From Schmidtea nova (Eukaryota), in the NCBI GenBank assembly GCA_044892505.1, contig CM097883.1:448570001-448634000 (forward strand): a stretch of DNA of 64,000 nucleotides, given 5' to 3'. Positions 24,429 to 36,516 of this stretch are shown one piece after another. The notes beneath the pieces were generated by a model, which saw only the letters and a program-made list of their open reading frames with translations, did no database searches and was not told where the DNA came from. Both the position numbers and the translations under genes were made by a program. Within the stretch, counting starts at the first letter, position 1; each line of letters opens with the position of its first letter.

Positions 24429-24953
24429 GTGTGTGTTTCCTACTCCACATGGTTGACAAATTTTTATTTCCAGTTGTTACAGGCAATCGACTTCACTCAT
24501 TCTAAACTTCCTATCTCAAACAACTTCGAGCAGTTTCAATCTCCGCCAGTCATTACGTCACTGAACAAATCATTCTCAGACAATTCTACAAGTGTCATAG
24601 ACAACAGCTCTCCAGCAAATGTCCGGCAAAAAGCATTCAAATGCAATTATAAAAGTTGTTTGAAAGCTTACTACAAGAGTTCACATCTCAAAGCCCACAT
24701 CAGAGTTCATACCGGTGACAAACCTTACATTTGCAATTGGGAGAACTGCCAACGAAGATTTACAAGATCCGATGAATTGTCTCGACACAAACGAACTCAC
24801 ACGGGGGAAAAAATGTTCTCATGCTCAATATGTCAAAGAAAATTCAATCGAAGCGATCATTTGTCTAAACATATAAAGACCCACAAGAATCAGTCCAAAT
24901 TCAACTGTGTTATCCTTCCTAATCAAGTTATAGTTTTATCCTCAGTTTCCTGA
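24429..24953 (+). CDS. Kruppel-like factor (KLF10/11-like) triple C2H2 zinc-finger terminal exon
   Basis: [71 protein letters not shown]. Probable acceptor TTTCCAG at 24472 or CAG at 24482. The upstream exon was not identified. Confidence 0.9.
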   Translation: MCVSYSTWLTNFYFQLLQAIDFTHSKLPISNNFEQFQSPPVITSLNKSFSDNSTSVIDNSSPANVRQKAFKCNYKSCLKAYYKSSHLKAHIRVHTGDKPYICNWENCQRRFTRSDELSRHKRTHTGEKMFSCSICQRKFNRSDHLSKHIKTHKNQSKFNCVILPNQVIVLSSVS

Positions 24954-25415
24954 ATATGTGTGTATCTTTGTAAATATAACAGTTACTCCTCTTTTATGGT
25001 ATATAAATGATAAGGAGGATATGCTTTTGTTTAAGGTCATAGAACAAAAATCATTTTTTTCACGTCAAATAAAAGAGAAATATATTGAACTGGAATCTGG
25101 AAAGCTGACCAGGAACGGAATTAGAGTCAAGTAAAAATGTGAAAAGCTCAGATTGATGAATAAAGGCTTGAAAAAAAGCACAAAAATGAAAAATCGATAA
25201 TTAATTAATAATCAGATTTAAACTTTGAAAAATATGTCAGAGAAAGAATTGGTGATTGGAAGCGTAAATTGTTTCCTCAGAAAATTTACCGGAAGCCAGA
25301 AAAGATAATAATACATTAATTAAAGAAAAATAAAGTTTCGTACGAGGAAATCAAACAAGTGAGAAATTGGAAAATCATTTTGATGGGGCACAGGGAAGCA
25401 ACACATTGTTTAGGG

Positions 25416-25668
25416 CAGCGGTCGGGGAACTTTTATAACCATTACCCCAAAATATTTTTGCGTAAGTCGATATTATCCCGTTGCCCCCATTCTGAAAAGA
25501 AAACAATCAATGTAAATTTTAAATAAACATTATTTATTAAATTAATTTACATTTACATATTTATAAAAAAAGTTACATGAAATAGCAATTTAAATATTAG
25601 AAAAATTTCCCTATTACCCAAAAAATTTTCATTTTTACCCCATTTGGGATAATTTTCCCCGACCACTG
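25416..25668. mobile_element. hAT MITE (253 bp)
   Basis: TIRs CAGCGGTCGGGGAA/TTCCCCGACCACTG (13/14). Perfect 8-bp TSD GTTTAGGG at 25408-25415 and 25669-25676. Confidence 0.95.
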
Positions 25669-26412
25669 GTTTAGGGAGTATAAAAAATAGAAGAAAATGT
25701 TAAAATGGAAATCGAATTGAAAATCCTAAAATAATGAATAGAAAACAATTTAATTTTTTTAGAAACAGATGAATTTTGTACGGATTAATACTTGACCCTA
25801 GCACAAAAATTGAAAAGTATGTATTACTAAAAGTAGTAACAAATAATCATAATTATAATAGCCCAATGGTATTTGTCTGTTTGTGCGTAACGTCATAAAA
25901 TTAAAAAAGCAAAAATTTCATAAATTCTCAAAACTCATTCAAATTTCTAATAAATATGTGCTAGAAAATTAGAGTAATCAACAGTTCTTGTAATATCCAA
26001 ATATAAATAGCAGTAATAAGAAAAATAAGAAACAAACTTAAAAAAGCAAAAAAAAAGAAATTTTTGATAAAATTTTTAAAGGATGTTTATATCAATAAAA
26101 AAATAATTAAAAAAAAATATTTTTATATTAGCTCAGAATCACGTATCTGAATTTAGCAGTATTTTATATATTTTAAAATTAAATTATGTAATTACCGTCG
26201 AATGTCTGTCAATAAAAGAATTCGAAAAGATCAAAGGTGAGAAAGAAAAAATATTTTAATGAAAAAATTCATAAACAAAAATTTAACTCAAAATAGTAAC
26301 ATTAATATTTTCTGGGAAAATGGTATGAGCAGGTAGCGAATGAAAAATTATAGATAAATCGATTGGGTGAGAATGCCAACAAACAACGCCATTCAAAAAT
26401 ATAAACCAATCA

Positions 26413-27900
26413 CAGTGAAACCTCGACTTACGAGCATTACTCGTTCCATAAATCTGCTCGCCTCTCAAAACACTCGCATATGGAATTACATTTCCCAATA
26501 GTAAATAAAGGAAAGTCAATTAGCTCGTTCCATTATCCAAAAATATTTATATCAAAATTATTAATACAAAATATACGTACATTTTTAATTATTTAAATTT
26601 ATAATAAAAAACGTCATCGACTTTAATAATTATCCATATTGGAATCACTGATATTCATCACTGATGGCTCAACAAAATCCTTCTTTTTGAGGAACTTTAA
26701 GCAGTAACCTGTCTATTGGCACTTGCTTTTGACTCTGTGAGGATTATATGAAAATGTGACCTCGCATTGTCGTAAAAAATATTAATCGTTCTCACTGCTA
26801 CAGTCTTTCTAGGGTAGTGCTTTTCTACGAAATGTTGCACTTTTTCCAAAATTTTTTAGATTTCTTTAATTTCATTTGAAAGTGACGGATTTCTTAGCTA
26901 CTTTCTGCTCATCCTCAGACAAGATCTCTTTTTTGTAGCCTTGTGATGTTGCTCATGATCCAAAAAAGGACAACTTCTGGCTGATTTTTTTCACCAGCTT
27001 TTTAATATCATCCTCATTTACCTTCAACCCTATGTTCTTTCATAAGGACACAATTCCATTGATAATTGGCGGCTCCTATTTATGAGCTAACAGATCTACG
27101 CAATTAGGCCACAGCTTTCTCCAAGCAGAATCAAAATTTCCTCTTAGCTGCCTCATTCCATGCTTTATCAGTGACCTCGAGGCAGCTCACGAAAACATTA
27201 TTTTAAAAATTAAAATTTGTTTTTCGGTCACTTTGAAGCACAGCTAAAAAATAGATTTTATGTAAAGTTTTTGAAAGTTCGAAGTGACCTTCTGGTCTAT
27301 GGGCTGGAGTAATGTAGTGGTGTTGGGTGGAAGAAATTTGATGTCAATGAACTTTAATTCCTTCAATACGTGGTCCTCAAGATTTGGAAGATGAGTAGGA
27401 ACATTATCCATAACAAACAAGACTTTAAGCGGCAAATCCTTTGCCAAGTGGTATTTAACTAAAGATCTTGTTTATCCACTCAACTAACGAAATACGAGTG
27501 ACCCAAGCCTTGCTGTTAGTATTCCAAATAACATTTAACTAACTACTGCACTTTGAATTTTTCGAAGACTCGAGGAGTTTTGAATGATACACGAGCAAGG
27601 GATTAACTTTCAAATCACAGCTTGCATTAGCACGCATCAAAAGAGTGAGAGGATCTTACATGGGATTATGTCATATTATTGTTTTCTATTCTGCTGTAAT
27701 ATTAGTTCCTTTTAGCCTCTTCTTCCAAAATAGTGAACTCTGCTTTGATATTATTGTGACTCTTTGCTGAATCTAGCTTCTTTATTTCACTTTTCTTCAT
27801 TAATATCGCACAAATCGTCGACGTAAACTTTCTATAAAATCTTGCGATTTCAGTAAGTCACAGACCTTGTTTGTGAAAACAAAATTTATTGCTTTAATGA
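26413..27900 (-). mobile_element. Defective Tigger/pogo (TIGD1-like) transposon
   Basis: DNVPTH, FLPPNTTTLLQPIDQ, NASCDLKVNPLLVYHS, NSKAWVT and HTH-psq-like fragments with stops. Tigger-type end CAGTGAAACCTCGACTTACGAG at 26413. Confidence 0.88.
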
Positions 27901-28089
27901 ATAAAAAACATAGGAAGTTAGGTCAGAATTCTGATTCCTACCGAAATCGTTAAAACCCAAAACTTTAAATTAAGAGGTGACAATACAAATTTTCAGATAT
28001 TTTTGTTGAGAATACCTTAATAATAAAATTAAATAATATCATAAATAAATAAAATGATTAAGAAGAAATTGACAGAGTAAACGATATGA

Positions 28090-29001
28090 TGTTCTGGAAT
28101 TCGAAGAAGAAGAAAGAAGAGCAAAAAATTAAGAAATGAGAATATAATAGCAAAATTAAAGAAATTCAACAATAAAGTAAAAGAAAGTTATTGTTAATTA
28201 ACAAGTGAAAAAGTTAAAAAAAGAATTCCAAAATTGAAAGCAAAGAAAAGGCATCCTATCAGTGATAACAAAAGAGCAGAAAAAATCGAAATAACAAAAT
28301 GGAAGGAGTGGCATATCTCGACAGCTGTCAGAGATAAAACAGGAGCTATAAAGAAAGTATAGAGTATGCCGGAGGCAAACAAATTGGAAAAAAAATAATC
28401 TAAAGTACCAGAGAATGACAAACTATAAAAGAAAGAAACAACATAAGTTGAATTATAATTTAGATTAGAGAAAATAAAAATTAGAAAAGAAGAATTTAGA
28501 TTGGAAAAATTAAAGAGAATGAAAACTTAGATTGGAAAAATTAAATTGTGGTAGAGGAAACTGATAAAGAAATTTATTGAGTCAAATAGAGTTGTATTTT
28601 TGGAAAATGTGGGATCAAATGAAAATTTGAGAAGATTAAACTAAACGTAACAAAACAAGAACTAATCGAGTTAGAAAGAAGTTGAAGCCTATTGAGTACA
28701 TTACCGCGTCAAAGTAAGAGAACAATCAGATCGAATAACCAATTACTGAATCCAAGTCAGTAGTCAGTGTTTAGGTATTATACTCTAGTGCTATTCTTCA
28801 CAAACTGTTGTAATAAGCCCTGTATAGTAACCTGTTGTGATATTAAATTGTCATGTCATTGTAAGCTGTGTAGCCATTTGTGATAATCAATAAAGTTTTA
28901 CATTGTCTGAAATTGTTATTTCGTTGATCAAATAAAGTACTCTTGGAGTCAGAAAGTTAATAGGTTAATTTATATTTCAACAACAACCCAATAACCCAAC
29001 A
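28090..29001 (+). mobile_element. Solo-LTR-like repeat, inverted copy at 57339-58023
   Basis: TGTT...CCAACA termini. AGAGAATGACAAACTATAAAAGAAAGAAAC, AAATTAAATTGTGGTAGAG and ATCAATAAAG.TTTACATTGTCTGAAA are shared with the reverse complement of 57339-58023. No TSD found. Confidence 0.7.
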
Positions 29002-29029
29002 TTTTCAAAGGCTATTGTTCAAATCTTTT

Positions 29030-29200
29030 TAAAGTACACGAGTTTTAGACACAGCTTTTTTCAAGTGTGTATTTACTGTGCAGAAAATTGGTTTACTTTA
29101 AAATAACTTTGATCTAGTTTTTAAAAAAAAATTAAAATTTCTGAAATAGAAACGAAAAGGTCAAAGGTGAAAATAAGAAATATTAATGACAAAATAGGAG
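29030..29200 (+). repeat. Diverged arm of the foldback family
   Basis: GACACAGCTT..., TTTGATCTAGT, AAAAGGTCAAAGGTGA. A same-orientation copy lies at 30775-30895. Confidence 0.6.
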
Positions 29201-29378
29201 TAGAAATTCCAAAAGCCTTATTTAGGATCAAACCTGGAATTTGTGTGTTATACTAGCTTATTAAATCTTTACGAAGAATCTCTATTCGTAAGGATAATCT
29301 GGAAAAGCTATAATACTAAAATTCGAAAAATAAATAAAATACAATATTTAAGGATATTTCATAGATTCAACCAAAATC

Positions 29379-30479
29379 TTATTTCAGTTTTTTCATCGAA
29401 GACCCTAAATATCTTGACTTGTGGTCTGCGAAAAGAATCTTGAAACTACCTTCTAAGTCAATTTCTTCATCATTTGATTTTGCGTTAAACACAATTGAAC
29501 GACTCAGACAAAAAACAGCTCCGGCGTTATCGAATTCGCCACAATAATTCGGAGCGGAAAATATCGTTATAAAAGACCGATTGGCGAAAAATTCATAACC
29601 ATCTTCCACGACCTGGTGAGCTCTTATTATGAGATCTAAGCCAAACTTTTTCAAGAATTTATCAACAACAGTCGGATTGAAAACATAGGATATCCCTCTT
29701 TCATTGGGAGCGAATCCGTCTTGAGAGAAAAATTCATTGTGAAGCTCAGAACTGAACAAGCCATTTGGAAGATCTAATGGATCAGACCACAAAAGATCAC
29801 AAACTAATCCCTCTTCTGGAATGTCCGTTGGACGAACAATTGAGCGGATTTTATGCTTCAAAGTCTCTAAATTAACGACTTCCGATTTCAGCATTTCCGG
29901 CGACAGACCTCCATGACAACAGAAAATTTGGTTTTCTAAAATTGCTGCAATCGGCAGACAATTAAAAACGTCTAGAAATGATTTCCAAAGCTTTATACTG
30001 AATCGTCTTTTGCATTCATCATAAAATCCGTACACTCTACTCACGGCTTGACTCTCGTGATTTCCTCGAAGAAGATAAAACGAATTCGGATACTTGATCT
30101 TGTAGGCTAGTAGAATTGTAATTGTCTCAATTCCTTGGCGTCCTCGATCGACATAGTCTCCCAGGAACAGATACCGAGTATTACTTGGATCACCGCATAG
30201 CTGTAAAAGATGTATTAGGTCGGGAAATTGCCCGTGGATGTCGCCACAGATTTTCATTGGTCCTTCAGCTTCAATTAGCATCGGTTGGTTTTGAATAACG
30301 ACTTTCGACTGCTGTATGATGGACTGGACATCGGTTTCTTTTAAGGATACATTTAGAATTTTATTCTTTCCGGCATTTGTTAACATTTCAATGCATTCAT
30401 CCAGATCCAATAGGGGGCTGTCTGGTATTTGCTTACGGAGTGAAGGTGACGACTGTTTGGTTTCAGTTTTAACTGACAT
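29379..30479 (-). CDS. Divergent intronless PP1-family Ser/Thr phosphatase catalytic subunit (366 aa)
   Basis: Intact [38 protein letters not shown] and [13 protein letters not shown] motifs. Three loop insertions relative to canonical PP1. Confidence 0.93.
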   Translation of the reverse strand: MSVKTETKQSSPSLRKQIPDSPLLDLDECIEMLTNAGKNKILNVSLKETDVQSIIQQSKVVIQNQPMLIEAEGPMKICGDIHGQFPDLIHLLQLCGDPSNTRYLFLGDYVDRGRQGIETITILLAYKIKYPNSFYLLRGNHESQAVSRVYGFYDECKRRFSIKLWKSFLDVFNCLPIAAILENQIFCCHGGLSPEMLKSEVVNLETLKHKIRSIVRPTDIPEEGLVCDLLWSDPLDLPNGLFSSELHNEFFSQDGFAPNERGISYVFNPTVVDKFLKKFGLDLIIRAHQVVEDGYEFFANRSFITIFSAPNYCGEFDNAGAVFCLSRSIVFNAKSNDEEIDLEGSFKILFADHKSRYLGSSMKKLK

Positions 30480-30774
30480 TGGTAACTTTTAATTTCTTAT
30501 CGGTTTCATTGGAAAGTCAAGATTATCTTTTATTATTATCTTTTACAAATCAAATCAAAATAAAAATAAAAATCATGAAGATCGATTATTATTATTGGTT
30601 ATAATTATTAATTATAATTACTAATAATAATTACTAATAATAATTAATATTAATAATAATAATTACTAATCCTACTGGCACATCCCTTACTTACAAAGCT
30701 GCGAAGCACATTCACACAAAAAAATTCAAAGACAAATATTTTCTTCAAAGACTAGTTGAAAATTTTTTTAGAAG

Positions 30775-30895
30775 GGTACACTAATTTTCGACACAGCGTT
30801 TTTCAAAATTAGATCTAGTCTTTTTAAAAAAATGAAAATTTTTGAATTAGAAACGAAAAGACTAAAGGTGAAAAAGAGAGATAATAATGAAAAAC
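30775..30895 (+). repeat. Diverged arm of the foldback family
   Basis: TTTCGACACAGC, AGATCTAGTC, GAAAAGACTAAAGGTGAAAAAG. Confidence 0.6.
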
Positions 30896-31229
30896 AAATA
30901 TATCAACCCGACAAGAAATAGAAAAGAACTATTATCAACTCAAACCCATTTGAGAGCATGGCGCCAGAATTAGACGATGGTCAAGGTTCATTTCATTTAC
31001 TGTGTATAGATGTCACCATTTGTCTGAGTGTCGAGGTCATAGAAAAAAGTAATTTTGTTTAAGTTGAATGAAATGGGAACAATTTAATAAATTAAAACCT
31101 GAAAAGCTTACTAGAAACGGAATTAGAGTTAAGGAAACGTGTTGATATCGATTAAAGTGGACGAGATGTTGAAAAAACAAAAGTCGATAAATAATTAGAA
31201 GGGGGTAGATTAGATGACGAGAAAAATAT

Positions 31230-31420
31230 TGGTGGGTTATTGGTAAACGTAACACTAACTCATGGGACTCGATTCTCAATAACTCTATGTGTAAACCTTG
31301 CAAAACCATATTGTTAACCGTCGAATAGTTATGTTGGTGCAGTAGCAAATGGGTGGACATCCGCAAAAGGTGAGCAATGTTTCCAGGGCTATAGTTGATC
31401 GAATTTCTCAGTTGGGTATA
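31230..31420 (+). mobile_element. Diverged partial copy E of the unclassified element terminus
   Basis: Hairpin GGGTTATTG(31234-31242)/CAATAACTC(31277-31285), GTTGGT at 31333, GGTGAGC at 31369 and GGGT near 31414. GATAGAAGG is absent. Confidence 0.4.
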
Positions 31421-31627
31421 TTAACCGTTTCCGTCCTGCTAATAACTCAAAATCATGTGTATTCATTGGAGTAGTGAATGATACTCTTTAAGTAATTCAT
31501 TTTTCATGTTAATCTTTTTTTAAAAGACGTTTTACCAGCTCGAGGATTTTTTAACTTATTTGCGTACTTATCACGAAAAGATTTATTGGGAGAAATTTCG
31601 CTACGCTTTCCTTCTATGTTAATGATT

Positions 31628-32245
31628 TGTTGTTTATTATTTTTGAGTCGGTTTATTATCTGACTCCTCGTGTTCCCATAATTGAGTAATCATCAAATTT
31701 CAAAACAATAAATTTTATTGAATTCCAACAATTTACAAATGATGAATAAATAAGTAAATACAATTTTTATTTCTTACACAAACACTCAGAACTCTCTCCT
31801 GTTCAAGCAATAGGGGTAGGTCTACCAAGAGTAGATTGCCCTTTATGATACGATTCACGCTTCTTGATTTGCTAATGTCTGGTTCCGCACAATCTTTGTC
31901 TTACTTACCAAATGTGATTTTAACCTGTTCCCGATAAATATTTTGCTTTGACCAAAAATGGCAATTTGCTGTTGTTTTATGTTTCTTTTATAGTATTTCT
32001 ATTACGACAGCAATATAATTAAATTTCCCGAAATGGAAAACTAATAATATCATTTTTTTTCTATGAATTCTAATTTAATTTTTGCAGATTCGAAATAATT
32101 ATTACTCCTCCTAATTTAATTTACCTCAGTTTCCGATTCTGGAAATCTAATTTTATATCGTGTTTTCCTCTGGCTCGGGTTTCCTATTAGCCCGGGTTTT
32201 CCATGTACTCGGGTTTCCCATTGACTCGGGTTTCCCATTGTTAGG
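31628..32245 (-). mobile_element. LTR-like repeat family, copy 3 (candidate 3' LTR of the adjacent gypsy element)
   Basis: Minus strand: 4x17-nt repeat, ACTATAAAAGA, AGAAATAAAAATT, GGAGTCAGATA, ending AATAAACAACA. Confidence 0.6.
32174..32241. repeat. 4 x 17-nt tandem repeat CYCGGGTTTYCYATKRN
   Basis: Units at 32174, 32191, 32208 and 32225. Confidence 0.9.
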
Positions 32246-32346
32246 TTTTAATAAAATTAGTAAAAAAACAAAAATAGAAAGCATAAAAATCAATAAAAAT
32301 TTAAAATTTAAAAGTAATAATTAAATCATGAAAACTAATTAAAAAT

Positions 32347-35300
32347 TTAGAAAATTGTACGGAATTGTCTCTCAATCTGTCCATTTGCTGAATGATGATA
32401 TGGACTTGAATAATTAATTTCAATATTGTGGAATTCTTCAAAATCTTTCATTAGCTTAGATTCAAATGATTTGCCTCTGTCACAGTTTATTATCCTTGGT
32501 GCACCAAACTTCATTATCCACTCTTCTTTCAGTAATCTTACCACTGTTTTTTCATCTTGCGATTTTACCGCATGTAAAGAAATAAACTTTCTATGATGAT
32601 CTATAATCCCAAGAATATATCTTTCTCCTCTCATTGCAAGTTGTAATGGACCACAAAAATCTACATAGATTGTTTCAAATAATTTCGAATCACTTTTGCA
32701 AATTATTTCTTCTTTTGTTTTAGTTGTATCAACCTTTCTTTTCTGACAGTTTTCACAGGCTTGTACAACATTACGAATAGATTGCTCCAAATCTTTCAAA
32801 TGAAAATTGTTTGATACGTACATTTTTACTTTTTTAGCACCCGCGTGACAGAGCTTTTTATGATATTCTATGATGAATTTTGACTTGTTTTCCTCTGGAA
32901 TCCAAATTTTATTATTATTGGTCATAATCACTCCGTTGACATATTTAAAAAATGTTTTATCTGGCATCATACTAATATTTTCTTTTATATTTTCAATTTC
33001 TCTTGAGTTCTTTTGCCATTTATTTTCAATATTTTCAGTCATCAGTGTCAACAATCTTGTTTTTAATTTACTCATTTTAGGATTTTCATGAATCATTTGA
33101 CATTGAACACATGTTTCACATTCTTTTCTAGATAGAGCGTCGGCATTATTGTGGTTATCACCTTTTCTGTATTGAATCTCCATGTCCAGACCACTAAGAT
33201 GGTTAATCCAAGTTTGAAATTGTGGAGTAATAGCTTTCTTTGTCTTCATCATAAAAGTAATGGCTTTGTGATCCGTTCTCAAAATAAACTTTTTACCATA
33301 TATATTGTGCTTTAAATGACCAGTAAAATAAAATATAGATAGTAATTCCTTTCTTGTTATACAATAGCCTAATTCGTGTTCATTCATAGCTCGGGATCCA
33401 TATGCGATTACTCTTTCTTTATTTTCATCTTTTTGAGATAGAACAGCACCGATGCGGTCAAAACTTGCATCTGTATCCAAAATGAATGGTTTAGAAAAAT
33501 CTGGAAACTTCAAAACAGGTGTAGACGTAAATTTCAGTTTAAAATTTTGAAATGAAGTTTCACACTCATCAGTCCACATAAGCTTCTTTTGTTTACTTCC
33601 ACATAACGCTTCTAATACTTTGGAATCTTTGGTGTAATTTTCTATAAATCTGCGATAGTAATTTGCCAGGCCTAAAATTCCTCTCAAGCTTTTTACGCAT
33701 TTAGGTCTTTCAAAATTTTTAATAGTTTCAATCTTGCTTTCATCCGTACGTATTCCATTTTCACTAATGATAATGCCCAAAAATTTTACTTCTTTCCTTT
33801 TGAATTGACATTTTGCTGGACTTATTTTAAGATTTGCTAATTTAATCTTTTGAAAAACCTTTTCAATGGTGCTATAATGTTCATTCAATGTCTTTGAAAA
33901 TATAAGGATATCATCCAGATATACAATTGTTCCATTCCAATTTAATTCTCCAAGAACCAAATTCATAAGTCTTTGAAATGTTGCTGGTGCGGCGGCTATT
34001 CCAAATGGCATTCTGTTAAAGTAATATTGCTTGCTTTTTGTCGAGAATGCTGTTTTTAATTTTGAAGCCTTGTCGAGTTCTACTTGATAATAAGCATTCC
34101 CTAAATCAATTGTCGAGAAAAATTTTGCTCCGTCAAGAATATCTAATAATTCATCTGTATTTGAAATGGGAAAAATCGGTCTTTCTATTACATTATTTAA
34201 AGCACGATAATCCAAACATATTCTTATATCACTGCTGTTTTTCTTTTAACACATACTAATGGAGAATTCCAGGGAGATGTACATTCTGATATAATGCCAT
34301 ATTTCAACATTTCTTGAATATTTTCTTCAATTTTCTCTATTAAATGAATCGGTTGTCGCCTTGGGTTTATTACAATCGGGCTACCTTTAATAAGTATTTC
34401 ATGCTTTAATAGTTCGGTTTTCCCAACATCCCATTTATGTTTCATAAAAATGCCGTCAAATGTGGAAATTAGATTATTTATTATCTTATCTTCACTCATG
34501 TGTTTATTAAATGAATTTTCCATAATTGCATTTATTTCGTCTTCACATTTATTAATTTGTAATTGCATTCCAAATCTTTCGAGAAAATCTATGCCTCCTA
34601 TTAACTTTGGGTTTATATCTTTGGCTACAACGAATTCTACTTTTTTAATTTCAGACATTTTATCAATTTTTACATTTAATAAAGTTTTACCGCAAATTTC
34701 AATCGGGCTTTCATTCGCACATCTTAATTTTAAATTACTTGTAGTCATACTCAAGTTTCCAAGTTTTTTAAAAATATTATAATCAATCACACTTATTTTA
34801 GCTCCAGTATCTAATAGACATACTAATTTTACATTATTAATCATCACGGTAACACTGGGCCTTCCTTGCATTTTATCGTATACTATTATATCATTCCGTT
34901 TATCACGATTAAAAACATTTATTTCATTAGAAGTTAGAGTGGGGTCTTTAAAAAGTTCATCCATACAAAATTTATCAATGTATATATTAGTATAATTTCT
35001 ATAATCAAAAACACAAGCACAACAGTTATCATTCAAACTATCACAATCATTCAAAGTCATACAATCCTTACTCACATCATTAATTACCTTTAATTTATTG
35101 CTCCGATCACCTCCTTGTGTGGTGGAGCATTCCCGTTTGGGTACTCAAAACCAGCCTCTGGATCCTCATCACCGAATGCGGCCACTGATTTATGGAATTT
35201 TCGTCGTCTGTCTGGAAATAACTCATGGCACTGATGTTTGAAATGTCCTGATCTTTTACAATGGGCACATTGAATATTGGGGCATTCAGATCTTTTATGG

Positions 35301-36153
35301 CCTTCTTCGTGGCACGCCCAACATCGTAAAATTTGATTTGTTCGGGCATGATCTCGTGAATGAAATTCCCTGGTATTAAAAGGCTTACTTCTATTCACAG
35401 GTTTCCATCCATTTGAAATAGTATATCGATGTTCTCTTGTAAAATCACCTTTAAATCTTGGATTAGGTTGAGGTTCTCTTGAATATTCATTTTTGAAACT
35501 GGGATTAGCTTCTCGTTCTCTAATTGATTTGTTTTCATAGCCATATCTTGGTAAACTCTTCTTAACAGCATCAGCATATCGTTGGGTTTTATTCATTGGA
35601 GCTACATCAGCATGAAATACATTAATTTCTTTTGAAACTTGATCGTGTTTCTTTAATCTTTCTTTCATTTCATCAAATGATTTTAAATCTTGGATTTTCA
35701 GATCTTTTTTAACTTCTTTATCTTCAAGTGAATTGAATAGTAAAAATTTCTTTAGTTCTTCTTCATCAAGTTTATGCTTCAAAATATTTTTTGCAAGTTT
35801 CTCAATTTTGAGCAGAATTCTTCGGCTGCATCATTTCCTTGACGATAGTTTAGTGCTTCGTTGAGATCATCGATAAGACTTTTGTTCTTAGCAAAAGCGT
35901 TTCTTAATCTTTTTGTATAATTCAGAGTTTCATTTGTCAACTTATATTTCTTCGTTGCATTGATTGATAGAAAAGCTTTGACGAATTTGCTTCTGTACTC
36001 ATCGACAGTATTTGTCATCTCGAAGAATCGTTCCGTTTCTAAGATGAAATCTTCCACGTCTGAATCCATGTCATATGTTTCTGGTGGTTTGATAAAATTT
36101 GCAATCGTGGTCGCCATATTAGCCACAGCACTACGGGTATTAATTGAATCCAT
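32347..36153 (-). mobile_element. Ty3/gypsy LTR retrotransposon (gag with 2 CCHC knuckles; PR-RT-RNaseH-integrase), integrase truncated
   Basis: CWACHEEGHKRSEC and CAHCKRSGHFKHQC; LLDTGAKISVI; YLDDILIFS; ILDTDAS; H..LCH..C.NC zinc finger; YVDFCGP, DRG, GQIER. Single-A deletions near 35800 and 34245. The integrase stops right after GQIERQFRTI. The 5' LTR was not found and may lie in or beyond the N-gap. Confidence 0.95.
35099..35141 (-). promoter_or_regulatory. Programmed -1 ribosomal frameshift signal between gag and pol
   Basis: In-frame C CCA AAC (35135-35141), 5-nt spacer, then stem TGCTCC...GGAGCA (35099-35129). The -1 (pol) frame opens immediately: TGA GTA CCC AAA CGG. Confidence 0.8.
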
Positions 36154-36516
36154 AAGACAAATTATAATATAACGTTTATTAATTTTAAATCCAATATTAT
36201 TAAAACAAATGATAACGTTAATTTGTTTGAGGAGTTTCTAAAAATATAATTAATGTATAAGTAAGGATTTCAACATACAATCAAACATGCACAGCATCAT
36301 ACCATTATATTTTAATACAAATTNNNNNNNNNNNNNNNNNNNNNNNNNNNNNNNNNNNNNNNNNNNNNNNNNNNNNNNNNNNNNNNNNNNNNNNNNNNNN
36401 NNNNNNNNNNNNNNNNNNNNNNNNNNNNNNNNNNNNNNNNNNNNNNNNNNNNNNNNNNNNNNNNNNNNNNNNNNNNNNNNNNNNNNNNNNNNNNNNNNNN
36501 NNNNNNNNNNNNNNNN

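Noticed and set aside
31405-31425. GGTATATTA resembling hairpin-ribozyme loop B
   Set aside because: No AGAGAAAC partner strand and no G+1 cleavage site in a correct helix context.
32174-32241. CRISPR-like array
   Set aside because: Directly tandem 17-mers with no unique spacers, no cas genes and a eukaryotic context.
32870-35349. Secondary ORFs overlapping gag-pol (and similar shadows over TRAF, PSMA6, hAT and ING)
   Set aside because: Antisense or alternate-frame shadows of identified coding sequences.
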